Shown: positions 28,436 through 40,378, numbered from the stretch's first letter. The stretch: DNA of 64,000 nucleotides from an uncultured delta proteobacterium (GCA_963755715.1 CAVWLW010000068.1:32001-96000), one strand, 5' to 3'. Numbers and translations are program-made. Notes: generated by a model not told the origin, from the sequence alone.

Positions 28436-29686
28436 ATTCACGTCCTACAACCATTACGCCATAAAAACTACGCTCTTTTTGGCAGCAGCGATTTTATCGC
28501 TTCGATCGGCCAGTTAGTTAGAGAGATCGCACTCTACTGGCTGGCGTACGAGATAACCGGCTCGGCCATGGCGCTCGGAATCCTCGCGCTCTGCGAAGCG
28601 ACGCCCCGCCTTGTCCTAAGCGTCCTTGGCGGCGTCATCGTCGATCGCTATGACCGATTGCGTCTTCTTACCGTGATTCAATTCCTCTGCGCGGTACCGG
28701 TTTTTGCGATGGTTGTGCTCTACTTTCTCGGCGTATTGCGGTTTTGGCACATCGCCGTACTGGAAACCCTATTATCGATCATTCGCAGCATGAACCCGAC
28801 TGCGAGCCAATCGTTGCTGCATGACTTGGTGCCGCAAGACGAGCTGATGAATACCGTCGCGCTGTATTCGTTGGGGTTTAATTTCGCGCGCATCGTTGGC
28901 CCATCCCTTGGCGGTGTTCTGGTTCTTTGGATTGGCGTGGGCGGCTGTCTTATTTTTTACGGCGTGGCGCTGTTGATTTCAGGATTTGAATTACTGCCTA
29001 TCCGGCTTTCGGTCGAAACCAAGATAAGACCTTCATCAAACTGGGTTCACGAGATTAGAGAAGGGCTGGATTTCATCCGATCTTCTCCGCTGGTGCTGGC
29101 CAGCACGTTGGCGGCTTACGCACTCAGTGCATTCGTCGGAACCTACCAGCGGTTTTTGCCCATTTTTGCCAAAGATATTCTAAAAACCGGTCCGGCAGGT
29201 TTGGGCGCGCTTACGGCGGCGTCTGGTATCGGCGCCGTTCTGTCGCTGGTTTTTTTGGACGCTGTGGGGCGGCGTTGGCGGCGTGAGACACTCCTTTGGT
29301 TTAGCTCTAAAGTGACTCCTTTGCTCCTCGTTCTTTTTTGTCTGTCGCGCAGTTTGTGGTTTTCGGTTCTCTTGATGGGATTGCTGGGCGCCGCGCAGAT
29401 CCTTTTTCGCACGGTCAGTCGGTTGATTATACAAGTGGAAGCGCCGCGTGAATTAATCGGACGGGTTATGAGCGTCTTCTTGATGGATCAAGGCATGCGT
29501 TCAATTGGATCGATGATCATGGGCGCCTTTGCAACGATCTTCGGTGCTGCGTTGGGGCTTTCTTTATGTTCGGTTGTCTCTATCGGGTTTACCACCTTGA
29601 CCTTCTATCGCTTAATCGGTTGGCCGAATTGGCTGAACTTGAAAATCGTGAATGAGCCCGGATCAAATCGTCAGCGAACGTTATAA
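28436..29686 (+). CDS. MFS transporter (MFS_3/H+ antiporter-like); start uncertain
   Basis: LRHKNYALF, GGVIVDRYDR and FNFARIVGPSLGG; about 12 TM. SD GAGGAG lies 7 nt before ATT 28436; an alternative ATG is at 28334. Confidence 0.85.
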   Translation: MHVLQPLRHKNYALFGSSDFIASIGQLVREIALYWLAYEITGSAMALGILALCEATPRLVLSVLGGVIVDRYDRLRLLTVIQFLCAVPVFAMVVLYFLGVLRFWHIAVLETLLSIIRSMNPTASQSLLHDLVPQDELMNTVALYSLGFNFARIVGPSLGGVLVLWIGVGGCLIFYGVALLISGFELLPIRLSVETKIRPSSNWVHEIREGLDFIRSSPLVLASTLAAYALSAFVGTYQRFLPIFAKDILKTGPAGLGALTAASGIGAVLSLVFLDAVGRRWRRETLLWFSSKVTPLLLVLFCLSRSLWFSVLLMGLLGAAQILFRTVSRLIIQVEAPRELIGRVMSVFLMDQGMRSIGSMIMGAFATIFGAALGLSLCSVVSIGFTTLTFYRLIGWPNWLNLKIVNEPGSNRQRTL

Positions 29687-30628
29687 TTCCTCCAATATCG
29701 CCGCAAACAACAGCGGCACCATGATTTCCATGTGACCGGTCAACTGGTACCCCTTGCCGCTTTGCATCGTCGGGCGATTGACGACATTGGTCAACGGCCG
29801 GTAATGCTGAAGAAAGTCAAGATTCACCGTCATGAGGTTCTGCACGGGATGACCCAAATTGCGCGCCAAGCTCACGGCTTTCAGAAAAACTTCGGGTAAA
29901 ACCACCGCCGAGCCGAAATTCAAATAAACCCCCCGATCCAAAGTCGCAACCACGGACGTGAGTGTGCGAAAATCACGCAAGCTGCAATCGCCGAGCGCTT
30001 TGCCGTCGGCCTTCGGGTGCATGTGAATAATGTCCGTACCGATGGCGACATGACAGGTAACCGGGATCCCCAATCGCGCCGCCGTAGCGAGAATGCTTAG
30101 CTTACGATGCGGCAGGCGATTTTTTACAATCGCTTGTCCGACGGCGGCGCCGATGCCGAGCTGATTCTTCGACCCTTCGCTGATCGCTTGATTGATAAAC
30201 GCGCCGGTCTCTTCGCCCATGCCGAAGCTCCCGTCCTTCAGCGTCGCTGCGACATCTTCGGACGTCTCGCCCATGAAAGCGAGTTCGAAATCGTGAATCA
30301 CGCCGGCGCCGTTGAGCGCCAAGGCGTGAATAATACCGCGCTCCATGAAATCGATGATCAACGGACTCAGCCCGACTTTGACCGGATGGGCGCCCATCCC
30401 CAGCAAAACGGTTCTGTTCTTGCGGTGGCATTCGGCAATCTTAGCAGCGATGATTTTGAGATTCTCCGCGGCAAGAATGTCCGGCAAGCCGCGTATGAAA
30501 GCGCCGAGGCTAGCGCCCTTCTTAAGGCGTTTGCCGAGCAGCGAAGTTTGAACTTTACTGAATCTTTTTGTGACCGGATAAGTGCGGACTTTGGCGAAAT
30601 CGAGAGGTTTAAATTGTTTGTGCGCCAT
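29681..30628 (-). CDS. Conserved hypothetical protein, deoxyhypusine-synthase-like features
   Basis: GMGAHPVKVGL, FGMGEETG, GIPVTCHVAIGTDIIH and GSAVVLPEVFLKA; follows gmhA. Confidence 0.65.
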   Translation of the reverse strand: MAHKQFKPLDFAKVRTYPVTKRFSKVQTSLLGKRLKKGASLGAFIRGLPDILAAENLKIIAAKIAECHRKNRTVLLGMGAHPVKVGLSPLIIDFMERGIIHALALNGAGVIHDFELAFMGETSEDVAATLKDGSFGMGEETGAFINQAISEGSKNQLGIGAAVGQAIVKNRLPHRKLSILATAARLGIPVTCHVAIGTDIIHMHPKADGKALGDCSLRDFRTLTSVVATLDRGVYLNFGSAVVLPEVFLKAVSLARNLGHPVQNLMTVNLDFLQHYRPLTNVVNRPTMQSGKGYQLTGHMEIMVPLLFAAILEEL

Positions 30629-30645
30629 GCTGCGAATCAAGGTAG

Positions 30646-31222
<577 letters not shown>

Positions 31223-31226
<4 letters not shown>

Positions 31227-32341
31227 GACGCCTTCTCGTAGTGTCTGGCCATCTGGCTTTGCAAGCCGCGCTGCGCCAACGCCTCTTCGAACCATTGGCG
31301 CACGATCGGTTCTTCGTCGCCGTATTCGATCTGCGCGCCGCCTTTTTTGCGGTCGACGGCGCCCTGATAGCGTGGGCGGACGCCCTGGTATTTCTTGCTG
31401 CCGAAGGCGCGCAGCGCCAGATAGCGCGCCGGTTTGGCGCCGGCGTTGAAATGCTGATGCCACCAGTTTTCCGGCGGCACGACCATGCTGCCTTCATGCC
31501 ACTCGTATTTTTTAAGCGGCGCGCCGTCGGGCCAGATTAGCGAGTAACCCTCGCCGCCGAGGATAATCACATGGGCACCGGCGCCATGGCGATGGGCCTT
31601 TTTATAGGTTCCGACGGGGAATTCTGAAATATGGCAAGCCGTGGTGTTTTCCGATAGCTCGAATTTAATGTTGCTGCCGCCGGCGCCACGTTCGTTGTAG
31701 TCCAGCAATTTGAAACCGCGGGCGTCAGGAACAAAATTTGTCTCCCAGACATTGCCCGCGAACTTGAACCCTTTGTAGTCGCCGGCGTACAGAATACCCT
31801 CGCCGTTGAAATAACTCTGGCGCGCGTCGAAGCGGTCGGCAAAGGCGAAATCGTTGTGGAAAATGAAATCCAAGTTATGCAGCAGATTGATCATTGTCGG
31901 CGCGGTGGTGACGGCGAGGTAACGCGCCGGCTCGCTGCCGCTGCCGTTGAAAAGCTGGTGCCAAGTATTGAGCGGCGGTGAAAAGAGCGAGCCTGCTTGC
32001 CATTCGAAAGTCTGCTTGCGATCCTCATGGTTCCAAACGGTGGTCGCGCCGCGGCCGCTGATGATGTAAATCGTCTCTTCGAACAATTGGCGCTGCGGCT
32101 TGAGGCTCTTACCGGGCGCGATCTCGCAGATGTAGCAATTGTTGACCTGCCCGGCGCCTTCCATTTGCAGGAACGCACCGTTGCCGCCTTTGCGATCCCA
32201 CCGTTCGAGCTTTACGTCGCGAATGTCTTCGACGAAAAAAGTCCTGATGACGGGAATGCCTTCGCCTTCGACCCACTTTTCATAGCTCGATTTGTTGCCG
32301 TCGACGGTCGCAGCAGTTTCAGATGGTTCAGGTTTAGCCAT
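31223..32341 (-). CDS. Bicupin protein (gentisate 1,2-dioxygenase-like superfamily)
   Basis: Two cupin motifs: EETIYIISGRG...PLNTWHQ and HRHGAGAH...PENWWHQH. Confidence 0.75.
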
Positions 32342-32405
32342 GATTACTCCGAATTGAATCGAGGATTGTTGTTTACCATAGGGCCTGCCGCGATGAAAGC
32401 AGACT

Positions 32406-33605
32406 TTAGCTGCGATAAAAGTCGAGGATTTTGTCTACGATCAGCTCTTGCTGTTGCCGAGTGAGCTCAGGATAGAGCGGCAGGGCTAAAACCTGACTAG
32501 CGGCGCGCTCTGCTTGAGGAAAGTCCCCCAGTTTGTAGCCTAGCCTCGCGAAACAGTTCTGTAAGTGCAGCGGCAACGGATAGTAAATCTCACTCTGAAT
32601 TCCTTGTTCGGCGAGAAACTGTTTGAGGTCGTCGCGTCGGGTCGCGCGGATCACGTAGTTATTGAACACGTGCGACTTATCTTTGCTGAGGGGTGGAATG
32701 CCAAGGAGGCGTTTGCCGACCAATTCGCTTTCCTCGATTAATCGGCGATAGGTCTCTGCCCGTTGAATTCTCTCTTCGCACCATTCTTCAAGGTATTTTT
32801 GCTTTACCGAAAGCACGGCCGCCTGAAGGGAGTCGAGACGGGAATTGATGCCGATTTCTTCATGGTAATACTTGGCGCGCTCGCCGTGCATGCGGAGCAT
32901 TTTGAGTTTTTCCGCGACCTCCTCATCGTGGGTTGCTATCAGGCCGCCATCGCCGAAACCGCCTAAAGTTTTACTCGGGAAAAAGGAAAAGCAACCGAGA
33001 GCGCCGACCGTGCCGGCGAACGTTTCTTTGCCACCGACCAAGGTTCTGGCGCCGCAAGCTTGAGCGACGTCTTCGACAATCTGCAAACTGTATTTCCGGG
33101 CCAGCTCTGTTAATTCGTTCATCGCGCAGCACTGGCCGAACAAATGCACTGGCAGCAAAGCGCGAATCCGCAGGCCGGTTTCGACATCTACCGTTTGACC
33201 ATCATGCGGCCGACCGCGCGTTTCGAGAAACTTTCTTAATTCCTCGACAGAAAGCAGACACGTGTCGGCATCGATATCGACGAATAAAGGTTTTGCCCCG
33301 AGTCGGACAATCGAGGAAACCGTCGAAAAGAAAGTGAAGGGCGTTGTAATAACCGCGTCGTCGGGCCCAATGCCGAGCGCCATGAGTGCCAAAAGAAGCG
33401 CGTCGCTGCCGGAAGCAACGCCGACGGCGTGTGCACAGCTTAGGTACGCTGCCGTCTGCTCTTCGAAACCCTTCACCGCTGGGCCGAGAATGAACTGTTG
33501 CGACTCAATGACTTCGTCGATGGCCTGGCGCACCTCGTTGCGAATCTGACGGTACTGCGCGCGCAGGTCGACGATCGGGATTTTGTACGGCGCGGGGCTA
33601 GACAC
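32406..33605 (-). CDS. DegT/DnrJ/EryC1/StrS PLP-dependent sugar aminotransferase
   Basis: SGSDAL, PVHLFGQ, EDVAQA, SFFPSKTLGGFGDGG and NSRLDSLQAA. Confidence 0.95.
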   Translation of the reverse strand: MSSPAPYKIPIVDLRAQYRQIRNEVRQAIDEVIESQQFILGPAVKGFEEQTAAYLSCAHAVGVASGSDALLLALMALGIGPDDAVITTPFTFFSTVSSIVRLGAKPLFVDIDADTCLLSVEELRKFLETRGRPHDGQTVDVETGLRIRALLPVHLFGQCCAMNELTELARKYSLQIVEDVAQACGARTLVGGKETFAGTVGALGCFSFFPSKTLGGFGDGGLIATHDEEVAEKLKMLRMHGERAKYYHEEIGINSRLDSLQAAVLSVKQKYLEEWCEERIQRAETYRRLIEESELVGKRLLGIPPLSKDKSHVFNNYVIRATRRDDLKQFLAEQGIQSEIYYPLPLHLQNCFARLGYKLGDFPQAERAASQVLALPLYPELTRQQQELIVDKILDFYRS

Positions 33606-35001
33606 TGGTTTTGACCGCTGGCGACTGACCTTTCAAAGCGTTCTCCGCCACCTCGGCGAGCAACTGATCATGCTCATGGTCGAGAGCAAACACCCGGAAC
33701 TGGACGACTTTGGAGGGAATAAACTCAAACAGCTCAGCCAAGGACTCCTTGGTAATTTCGCCGCTGGAGGGATCGAAGATATGGATTTGTTTTTTGCCCA
33801 TGGCAAAGGGATTTTCTGGGCGTGGATCCTGGGTCGCCATGTCGACGCGAAAAACCAAATCTCGCGACGCCGCGGGAAGCGCGCCGCGAATGCGCTTTTC
33901 CCAGTCGGTGTCCTGAATCAGCGCCACGCCGTAACGAAGCTCGTTCAACGAAAGCGTCCGGTCGTACGCCATTTTCCATTTGACCTCCCGGTGCAGCACC
34001 GTTTCCCATTCCTTGGCGAGCGCTTCGCGATCGCCCTTTTGTCGGCGCCAGCGCGACACGTCTTCGAGCAACGACCAATCGGTCAAATATAGATAATCCT
34101 CCATGTGGTCCAGAGGATTGCCCGGAAACAAAACTTTCATGGTTTCCGGAAAAATTTCTCTAAGATGCAAGTCGATAGCGCGGGTCGTGCGGTGATAATA
34201 AACATTGGTGTAAAGATAGAGCCGGGCGTTCAGAAACGTCGTGAGCGCGCCGTTGCCGGCTTTGTGAACGGTCAGGCCCTTCGACGTGAAAAAGGTATAA
34301 TGAATCAGCCGCTCACGGTCGATGGGGCCGGGGTGAACGCCACACATGTACGAATCGCGCGAGACGTAGTCGAGGTTATCGAAAGTAAAAATACCACCGG
34401 TCAAAGGCTGAAGAAAGCGCACCCACTTGGGCTTGCGATTGTCTTCTTTGCCATTCTTTTTGATCGGAAAAGCGACGTCTTCAGGGCGTAACTCCTCGCC
34501 AGCGGCGAAAGGTCCGCTCGGACTGCGGCGTAATTGGCGAATGATGTCGCCCAGATGGTTTTGAATGATCGTCTGACCGAGATCTTCGTGCGTGAGATCG
34601 TAATTGGCGAGAAAATTATCATCGAAGAAGTGGCCGAACGGGCCGTGGCCGATATCGTGCAACAGCCCAGTGACGCGCATGTATTCCTCGATGAACGGCG
34701 CCGACGGACACTCGTCGCCCAGAACTTTTCTGAGGGACGGGTAGAGATGCTTGGCAAATTCTCCGGCGAGGTGCATGGCGCCGAGGGAATGCTGAAAACG
34801 GCTATGCTCGGCGGACGGATAGACCCAGCGCGCGCTCTGCAACTGATAAATATAGCGGAGCCGCTGCACCCAGGGCGAATCGATCAAAGCTTTCTCAGTG
34901 ACCTCGCCCTTTGTCTGCGGCACCGTAAACTGAATATAACGATGGATCGGGTCGGCGATCAGCGCCGTGCCTTCGTATTCGTTATCGCTTACTGGGAGCA
35001 T
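33598..35001 (-). CDS. HD-domain phosphohydrolase (dNTPase-like)
   Basis: DPIH, QRLRYIYQL, HSRFQHSLG, LLHDIGHGPFGH, DNLDY.RD and VYYH. Confidence 0.9.
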   Translation of the reverse strand: MLPVSDNEYEGTALIADPIHRYIQFTVPQTKGEVTEKALIDSPWVQRLRYIYQLQSARWVYPSAEHSRFQHSLGAMHLAGEFAKHLYPSLRKVLGDECPSAPFIEEYMRVTGLLHDIGHGPFGHFFDDNFLANYDLTHEDLGQTIIQNHLGDIIRQLRRSPSGPFAAGEELRPEDVAFPIKKNGKEDNRKPKWVRFLQPLTGGIFTFDNLDYVSRDSYMCGVHPGPIDRERLIHYTFFTSKGLTVHKAGNGALTTFLNARLYLYTNVYYHRTTRAIDLHLREIFPETMKVLFPGNPLDHMEDYLYLTDWSLLEDVSRWRRQKGDREALAKEWETVLHREVKWKMAYDRTLSLNELRYGVALIQDTDWEKRIRGALPAASRDLVFRVDMATQDPRPENPFAMGKKQIHIFDPSSGEITKESLAELFEFIPSKVVQFRVFALDHEHDQLLAEVAENALKGQSPAVKTSV

Positions 35002-35073
35002 CGTTTGTCTTACGCAGGGTAGTGTGCCATTTGCAATCGTGCTGAGAATTTCGCCAACCTTGGCACACTCTTG

Positions 35074-35502
35074 TTAGACTTCGAAAATCACCTGTGCCGT
35101 CCACTGATTGCCGGTCTTATCCATGCGGCTCTTATGAAAGGCGATGGCGGCGATTTCCTGCTTGATCTCGTGGCGGTCAGGATCGATTTTTTCGCCGGCG
35201 ACTTCCGCTTTGACGATCGTGTCTTTAACTTCGCGAATTTGAAAGTCCTTCAGCAGGTAGCCGCTTCCTTGGTATAAATAAAGCAACTCGCGCATCCAAT
35301 TGACCATCAAATCGTCGCGATCCGTGCCCTCGATCTCCAAGGGGATATGGTCTTTGCAGTCGACCTTGTCCAGGTCCGCTACCATGACGTCGAAAAGCGT
35401 GTACGCCGAGTTCGCGAAAAGATCGGCCTGAGAAGCACCGACGACTTTCACGGCCAATTCCGATTGATGTTTGGTGATACGGTATTTCTTTTGGTTCTCC
35501 AT
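35074..35502 (-). CDS. Archease family protein
   Basis: H.SEL, LFANSA..LF, LMVNWMRELLY, GEKIDPDRH and EIAAIAFH...AQVIFEV. Confidence 0.82.
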   Translation of the reverse strand: MENQKKYRITKHQSELAVKVVGASQADLFANSAYTLFDVMVADLDKVDCKDHIPLEIEGTDRDDLMVNWMRELLYLYQGSGYLLKDFQIREVKDTIVKAEVAGEKIDPDRHEIKQEIAAIAFHKSRMDKTGNQWTAQVIFEV

Positions 35503-35528
35503 GATTCGTCGACCTTCCGGATTACAGA

Positions 35529-35816
35529 CTATTCATGATCTGCCTTTGGTCGCACTTGAGTGAGTTCGTGACGGCCGGTGAAATCATCGTCCAAAAGTTG
35601 CCGGATTTCCGGGCGAGCATAACATTCAACACATGACAGAATGTCGATCGGCTGGGTTAATTTGCGGTATCGAAAAGGCGGCACATTCTCTTTAGTATTG
35701 ACTAAATACTCCCATTCGGTGTGGCCTGTGTGAAGCAGATAAAAGTCAACTCGGTAACTCTTCTGCGTATGGGTCGTCCCAAAAACCTCTCTGCCGCAGT
35801 GATAACACTGGAGCAT
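35529..35816 (-). CDS. Small hypothetical protein with two CxxC pairs (putative Zn ribbon)
   Basis: CYHC...CVEC; SD GAAGGA; in operon context. Confidence 0.65.
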   Translation of the reverse strand: MLQCYHCGREVFGTTHTQKSYRVDFYLLHTGHTEWEYLVNTKENVPPFRYRKLTQPIDILSCVECYARPEIRQLLDDDFTGRHELTQVRPKADHE

Positions 35817-35827
35817 TCCTTCTGTAT

Positions 35828-36577
35828 TTATACCCGGTTTATGAGGCTCGCCGCAAACCCGGCGCCGAAGCCATTATCGATATTCACCACCGTTACACCG
35901 GCGGCGCAAGAGTTGAGCATGCCCAAGAGCGCGGCCAAACCGTGAAAGCTCGCTCCATAGCCGACGCTGGTCGGCACGGCAATGACCGGTTTATCGACTA
36001 AACCGCCGACCACGCTCGGTAGCGCCCCCTCCATGCCTGCCACGACGACGAGCACTGCAGCGGTGTCGAGGCGATGGCGGTTGTCCAGCAATCGATGAAT
36101 GCCCGCCACGCCGACGTCATAAAGCCGGTCGACCCGATTACCCATCATCTGCGCGGTGAGAATCGCTTCTTCCGCCACCGGGATATCGGATGTCCCAGCG
36201 CACACAACCAGAACCGTGCCTTTGCCGACGATCTTTATCGCTCTGCCGCTCCAAGTGGCCGCGCGCGCCGAGCTATGAAACTTTAAGCCCGTGCGCAATC
36301 GCTTCAACTGCGCCATCTGCATAGCGTCGACGCGAGTAACCAAAATATTGGCATTGCGCCGACGCATGGCGCGGACGATCGCGGCGATCTCCTTGGCTTG
36401 TTTGCCCTGGCCCATGATCACTTCAGGAAAGCCTTGGCGCAGCGCGCGGTGATGATCGATCTTGGCGAAGCCAAGGTCTTCGTAGGGCAAGTGACGCAGG
36501 CGCAGAACCGCCTGGGTGACGCTCGCCTGTTGTTGTCGCACTTGCTCGAGTAATTCTACCAGACGCTCAGAGTCCAT
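35828..36577 (-). CDS. larB: Nickel-pincer cofactor biosynthesis protein LarB (PurE-like)
   Basis: FAKIDHHR, GFPEV, AGTSDIPVAEEA, DVGVAGIHRL, AGMEGALPS and NIDNGFGA. Confidence 0.93.
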   Translation of the reverse strand: MDSERLVELLEQVRQQQASVTQAVLRLRHLPYEDLGFAKIDHHRALRQGFPEVIMGQGKQAKEIAAIVRAMRRRNANILVTRVDAMQMAQLKRLRTGLKFHSSARAATWSGRAIKIVGKGTVLVVCAGTSDIPVAEEAILTAQMMGNRVDRLYDVGVAGIHRLLDNRHRLDTAAVLVVVAGMEGALPSVVGGLVDKPVIAVPTSVGYGASFHGLAALLGMLNSCAAGVTVVNIDNGFGAGFAASLINRV

Positions 36578-36630
36578 CGTTTACCCATTGACAAGGCTCG
36601 TCCTTGCTCGAAAGCATATTTTGGCGGCCA

Positions 36631-37641
36631 TTAAACGGACAAGCGAGCTTTTTTAAAGTGATCGTGGCCCTGGACACGCATGGGAACAGCTTTGCCGGAA
36701 GGGTCAAGAACGACTATTCCTCGATCGGCCGGAACGCAAGCTCCGATCCTGGTGATCGCCACCTGCGCGCGAATCGACAATTTTTCGATTTGCGTGCGGT
36801 TTTGTCGCCGGGCGCAGAACAAAAGCTCATAATCCTCGCCGCCACTCAAGGCGTCGCCGCATCCCTCTTTGCCGGCAAGCGCGCAGTAGGCCGGCGAGAG
36901 CGGCAACCGTGCAGCTTCAATAATTGCGCCGATCGCGCTTGCCCGGCAAATATGTCCCAAGTCTTGTAATAAGCCGTCGCTGACATCGATCATCGCCGTT
37001 GCTAGTTTTTTTTTAGCGAGCTGCGCGCCGGCGGCCAGTCGCGGCGCGGGCCGATGGTGGCGCGCGAGCAGCGTGATGGCCTGTTGTCCTTTTCGCGTGC
37101 TATTTCGCCGGACGCGACGTAAAAGTTTCAGGCCGAGAGCGGCATCGCCCAGTGTTCCGGTCACATAAATATCATCGCCCGCTTTGGCGCCGCGCCGCTG
37201 TACGGGCTTAGCCGACGAATGACCGATCACGCAGACGGAGATGATCAGTTTCTCGGCGGCGTTGGTGTCGCCGCCTACCAGCGCCACGCTGTATTCTGCG
37301 GCGAGTTCTTCGAAGCCGCGGTAAAAGGCGTCGATATCCTCGCTGTCAAAATGAGCCGGAATGCCGAGCGATAAAATCACGTAATCGGGGATTCCTCCCA
37401 TAGCAGCAATATCGCTTAAATTAACCGCGAGGGCCTTATGGCCAAGATCGCGCAGGGAAGTCCAACGCAGATCAAAGTGGCTGCCCTCGATTAAAAGATC
37501 TGCTGTGATCAGAGATGAGTCGCCGCGATTTTTTACCGAGGCGGCATCATCGCCAATGCCGATTCGGACGCCGCGCCCAGCGGGCGTGCGGCGCCGAATT
37601 TTTTCGATCAGACCGAATTCTCCAAGACGACTGAGTTTCAT
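36631..37641 (-). CDS. thiL: Thiamine-monophosphate kinase
   Basis: GEFGLI, GIGDDAA, NLSDIAAMG, GGDT, DVSDGL and GGEDYELLF. Confidence 0.96.
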   Translation of the reverse strand: MKLSRLGEFGLIEKIRRRTPAGRGVRIGIGDDAASVKNRGDSSLITADLLIEGSHFDLRWTSLRDLGHKALAVNLSDIAAMGGIPDYVILSLGIPAHFDSEDIDAFYRGFEELAAEYSVALVGGDTNAAEKLIISVCVIGHSSAKPVQRRGAKAGDDIYVTGTLGDAALGLKLLRRVRRNSTRKGQQAITLLARHHRPAPRLAAGAQLAKKKLATAMIDVSDGLLQDLGHICRASAIGAIIEAARLPLSPAYCALAGKEGCGDALSGGEDYELLFCARRQNRTQIEKLSIRAQVAITRIGACVPADRGIVVLDPSGKAVPMRVQGHDHFKKARLSV

Positions 37642-37726
37642 CGCACCGAAGTTAGTTTTATCAGGTCGGGCAGGCTCTCTCCGAGGCCTCTCGGTGCAAA
37701 CGACGGGGCGACGCTAAAGATTGGCT

Positions 37727-40225
37727 TTACGGCCGGACGGGAATGGACCTTTCCCGCTGGCCCTTTCGGTATAGCCGCGCGTTTCTCTTCGCGAGCAATC
37801 GCCGCCGGCTTGAAACCAGCTTTTTCCCGCGCTCGACCTTTCCCGGGGCGGTCGTTTTGCGCCGGTCCATCAAGGCGACGGATAAAACATCCGACATGTT
37901 TTTTGCCACGACCCAATTAAGTTTTCGCCGCAGCGGTTTGGGAATTTCATCCAAATCTTTTTCATTGCGATCAGGAATAACGATCGTCTTCATACCGGCG
38001 CGAAACGCCGCCAGCGATTTTTCTTTGAGCCCGCCGATGGGCAACACGCGGCCGCGCAATGTGATCTCCCCCGTCATGGCGACATCGCGGCTGACCGGCC
38101 GTTTCGTCAAAGCGGAAATCAGTGCAGTCGCCATGGTGATACCCGCCGACGGACCATCTTTCGGGATCGCTCCCGCCGGGACGTGAATGTGGATATCGAG
38201 CTTTTGGTAGAAGTCGGCTTCGATGCCCAGCGTCTTGGCATGAGCTCGGGCGTAACTCACCGCTGCTTGAGCCGACTCTTTCATCACATCACCGAGTTGC
38301 CCCGTAAGAGTTAAATTGCCACGGCCGCGCGACAGTGAGGCCTCGACGTAAAGAATCTCGCCGCCGGTGCTGGTCCAGGCCAAGCCGGTAGCGACGCCAA
38401 TCTCATGATGCTCTTGTTCGGGTTCAGGCAAAAACTTCGGCGCGCCGAGAAAAGAATGGATATTCGCGCGCGTGACGCGAGTGAGCTCGCTTTTGCCTTC
38501 GGCCACTTTACGCGCCACTTTACGGCAGATCGAAGCGATCTCGCGCTCTAAATTTCGCAGCCCGGCTTCCTTGGTATATTCCGCGATGACGCGCAGAACG
38601 GCGTCGTTGGAGATTTCCAGGTACTTGGTCGAGATGCCGTTGTCATTGAACTGGCGTGGAATTAAATATTTGCGGGCGATCGCCAGCTTTTCCTCGTTGG
38701 TGTAACCGGAAAGCTGAATAACTTCCATGCGATCTGCCAACGCGGCCGGTATGGGATCGAGCAGATTTGCGGTGCAGATAAAAAGCACGTTGGAAAGATC
38801 GAACGGCAGATTCAAATAGTGATCGCTGAAGGCGTGATTCTGCTCCGGATCCAGGACCTCCAATAATGCGGCGGACGGATCGCCGCGAAAGTCGGCGCCC
38901 ACTTTGTCGATTTCATCGAGCATGAAAACCGGATTGTTCGAAGCCGCCTGTTTGATGCCTTGGACAATTCGACCGGGCAGAGCGCCGACATAGGTGCGCC
39001 GGTGGCCGCGGATTTCGGCTTCGTCGCGCACTCCACCGAGAGACACACGGACAAAATTACGCCCGAGCGAACGGGCGATGGATCGTCCCAAGGAGGTTTT
39101 GCCGACTCCCGGAGGACCGACGAAACAAAGAATCGGTCCTTTGAGTTTGCGGCGCAACTTGTTGACCGCGAGGTATTCAAGAATGCGCTCTTTTATTTTT
39201 TCTAAGTTATAGTGATCCTCGTCGAGCACTTGCTTGGCTTTTTTGATGTTGAGATTGTCCTGGGTTTTTTTGCTCCAGGGTAGGTCGACGAGCCAGTCGA
39301 GATAGGTCCGCACGAGCGAAGCCTCTGAAGATTCCGGGTGCATCTGTTCCAGACGGCGCAACTGTTTGTCGGCTTCGCGCTTCACCTCGGTGGGCATCTT
39401 GGCCTTGGCGATTTGTTTTTTGACCTCGTTGATCTCTTCGGCGCGTTCGTCGCCCTCGCCCAATTCTTGCTGGATTTGCTTGAGCTGCTCGCGCAGGTAG
39501 TAATCCCGCTGCGTCTTGCTCATCTCTTCCTTGGCCTGGTTTTGGATGCGCGCCTGCATCGTTGACAGCTCGAGCTCGCGGGTCAACAGTTCGTTTACTT
39601 TCTTTAAACGTTCGATCGGATCGAAAATTTCGAGGACCGTTTGGCTCTCGTCGATTTTGAGCCGCAAATTCGAAGCGACCAGGTCGGCCAATACACCCGG
39701 ATCACTGATGTTGTCGGTGACCATGACGATCTCGGGCGGCAAATTTTTGAGATTTAAAATCTGCTCGATCTTTTCCTTGGCCGTGCGCATCAAAGCCTCG
39801 ACTTCGATGGGCACTTCGGCCAAGGTGGGCTCGACAACCTTGCGAATCTTGACTTCGAAAAATGGACGCTCCTTCAGGTAAGTGTCGACCTCGCCTTTGG
39901 CCAGACCCTGGACAAGGATTTTGACCCGTCCGTCGGCCAATTTGAGCATGCGCATGATCGATGCGATCGTGCCGACTCGATGAATGTCTACCGGAGCCGG
40001 ATTTTCCTCGGCGGAATTCATCTGCGAGACGAGGAAAATCAAACGATCGCGGGAAAGCGCTTCCTCCACCGCGCGGATCGAAATGTCGCGCCCGACAAAC
40101 AGCGGCAGCATCATATACGGGTAAATGACAATGTCGCGAATCGGCAGAAGCGGCAGGACATCCGGAATCTCCACCTGAGAAGTCTTGTTGTCCGGACTTT
40201 CGGCTTTCCATTCAGCTTCGCTCAT
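37727..40225 (-). CDS. lon: ATP-dependent protease La
   Basis: [24 protein letters not shown] and PKDGPSAG; catalytic K in GGLKEK. Confidence 0.98.
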   Translation of the reverse strand: MSEAEWKAESPDNKTSQVEIPDVLPLLPIRDIVIYPYMMLPLFVGRDISIRAVEEALSRDRLIFLVSQMNSAEENPAPVDIHRVGTIASIMRMLKLADGRVKILVQGLAKGEVDTYLKERPFFEVKIRKVVEPTLAEVPIEVEALMRTAKEKIEQILNLKNLPPEIVMVTDNISDPGVLADLVASNLRLKIDESQTVLEIFDPIERLKKVNELLTRELELSTMQARIQNQAKEEMSKTQRDYYLREQLKQIQQELGEGDERAEEINEVKKQIAKAKMPTEVKREADKQLRRLEQMHPESSEASLVRTYLDWLVDLPWSKKTQDNLNIKKAKQVLDEDHYNLEKIKERILEYLAVNKLRRKLKGPILCFVGPPGVGKTSLGRSIARSLGRNFVRVSLGGVRDEAEIRGHRRTYVGALPGRIVQGIKQAASNNPVFMLDEIDKVGADFRGDPSAALLEVLDPEQNHAFSDHYLNLPFDLSNVLFICTANLLDPIPAALADRMEVIQLSGYTNEEKLAIARKYLIPRQFNDNGISTKYLEISNDAVLRVIAEYTKEAGLRNLEREIASICRKVARKVAEGKSELTRVTRANIHSFLGAPKFLPEPEQEHHEIGVATGLAWTSTGGEILYVEASLSRGRGNLTLTGQLGDVMKESAQAAVSYARAHAKTLGIEADFYQKLDIHIHVPAGAIPKDGPSAGITMATALISALTKRPVSRDVAMTGEITLRGRVLPIGGLKEKSLAAFRAGMKTIVIPDRNEKDLDEIPKPLRRKLNWVVAKNMSDVLSVALMDRRKTTAPGKVERGKKLVSSRRRLLAKRNARLYRKGQRERSIPVRP

Positions 40226-40378
40226 GATGACTCCAATCCTCGGCCAACTTAACCAGAGTGGCACCCCAGGTCAACTAGAATATCACCGTTGAAGCGATTT
40301 CTTTAGAAAGTGCGACGCGGCACAAAACGCCAACGGGGTTGGGATGTGAATCCGTTTAAGCGTTTAAAAGGAATGACC

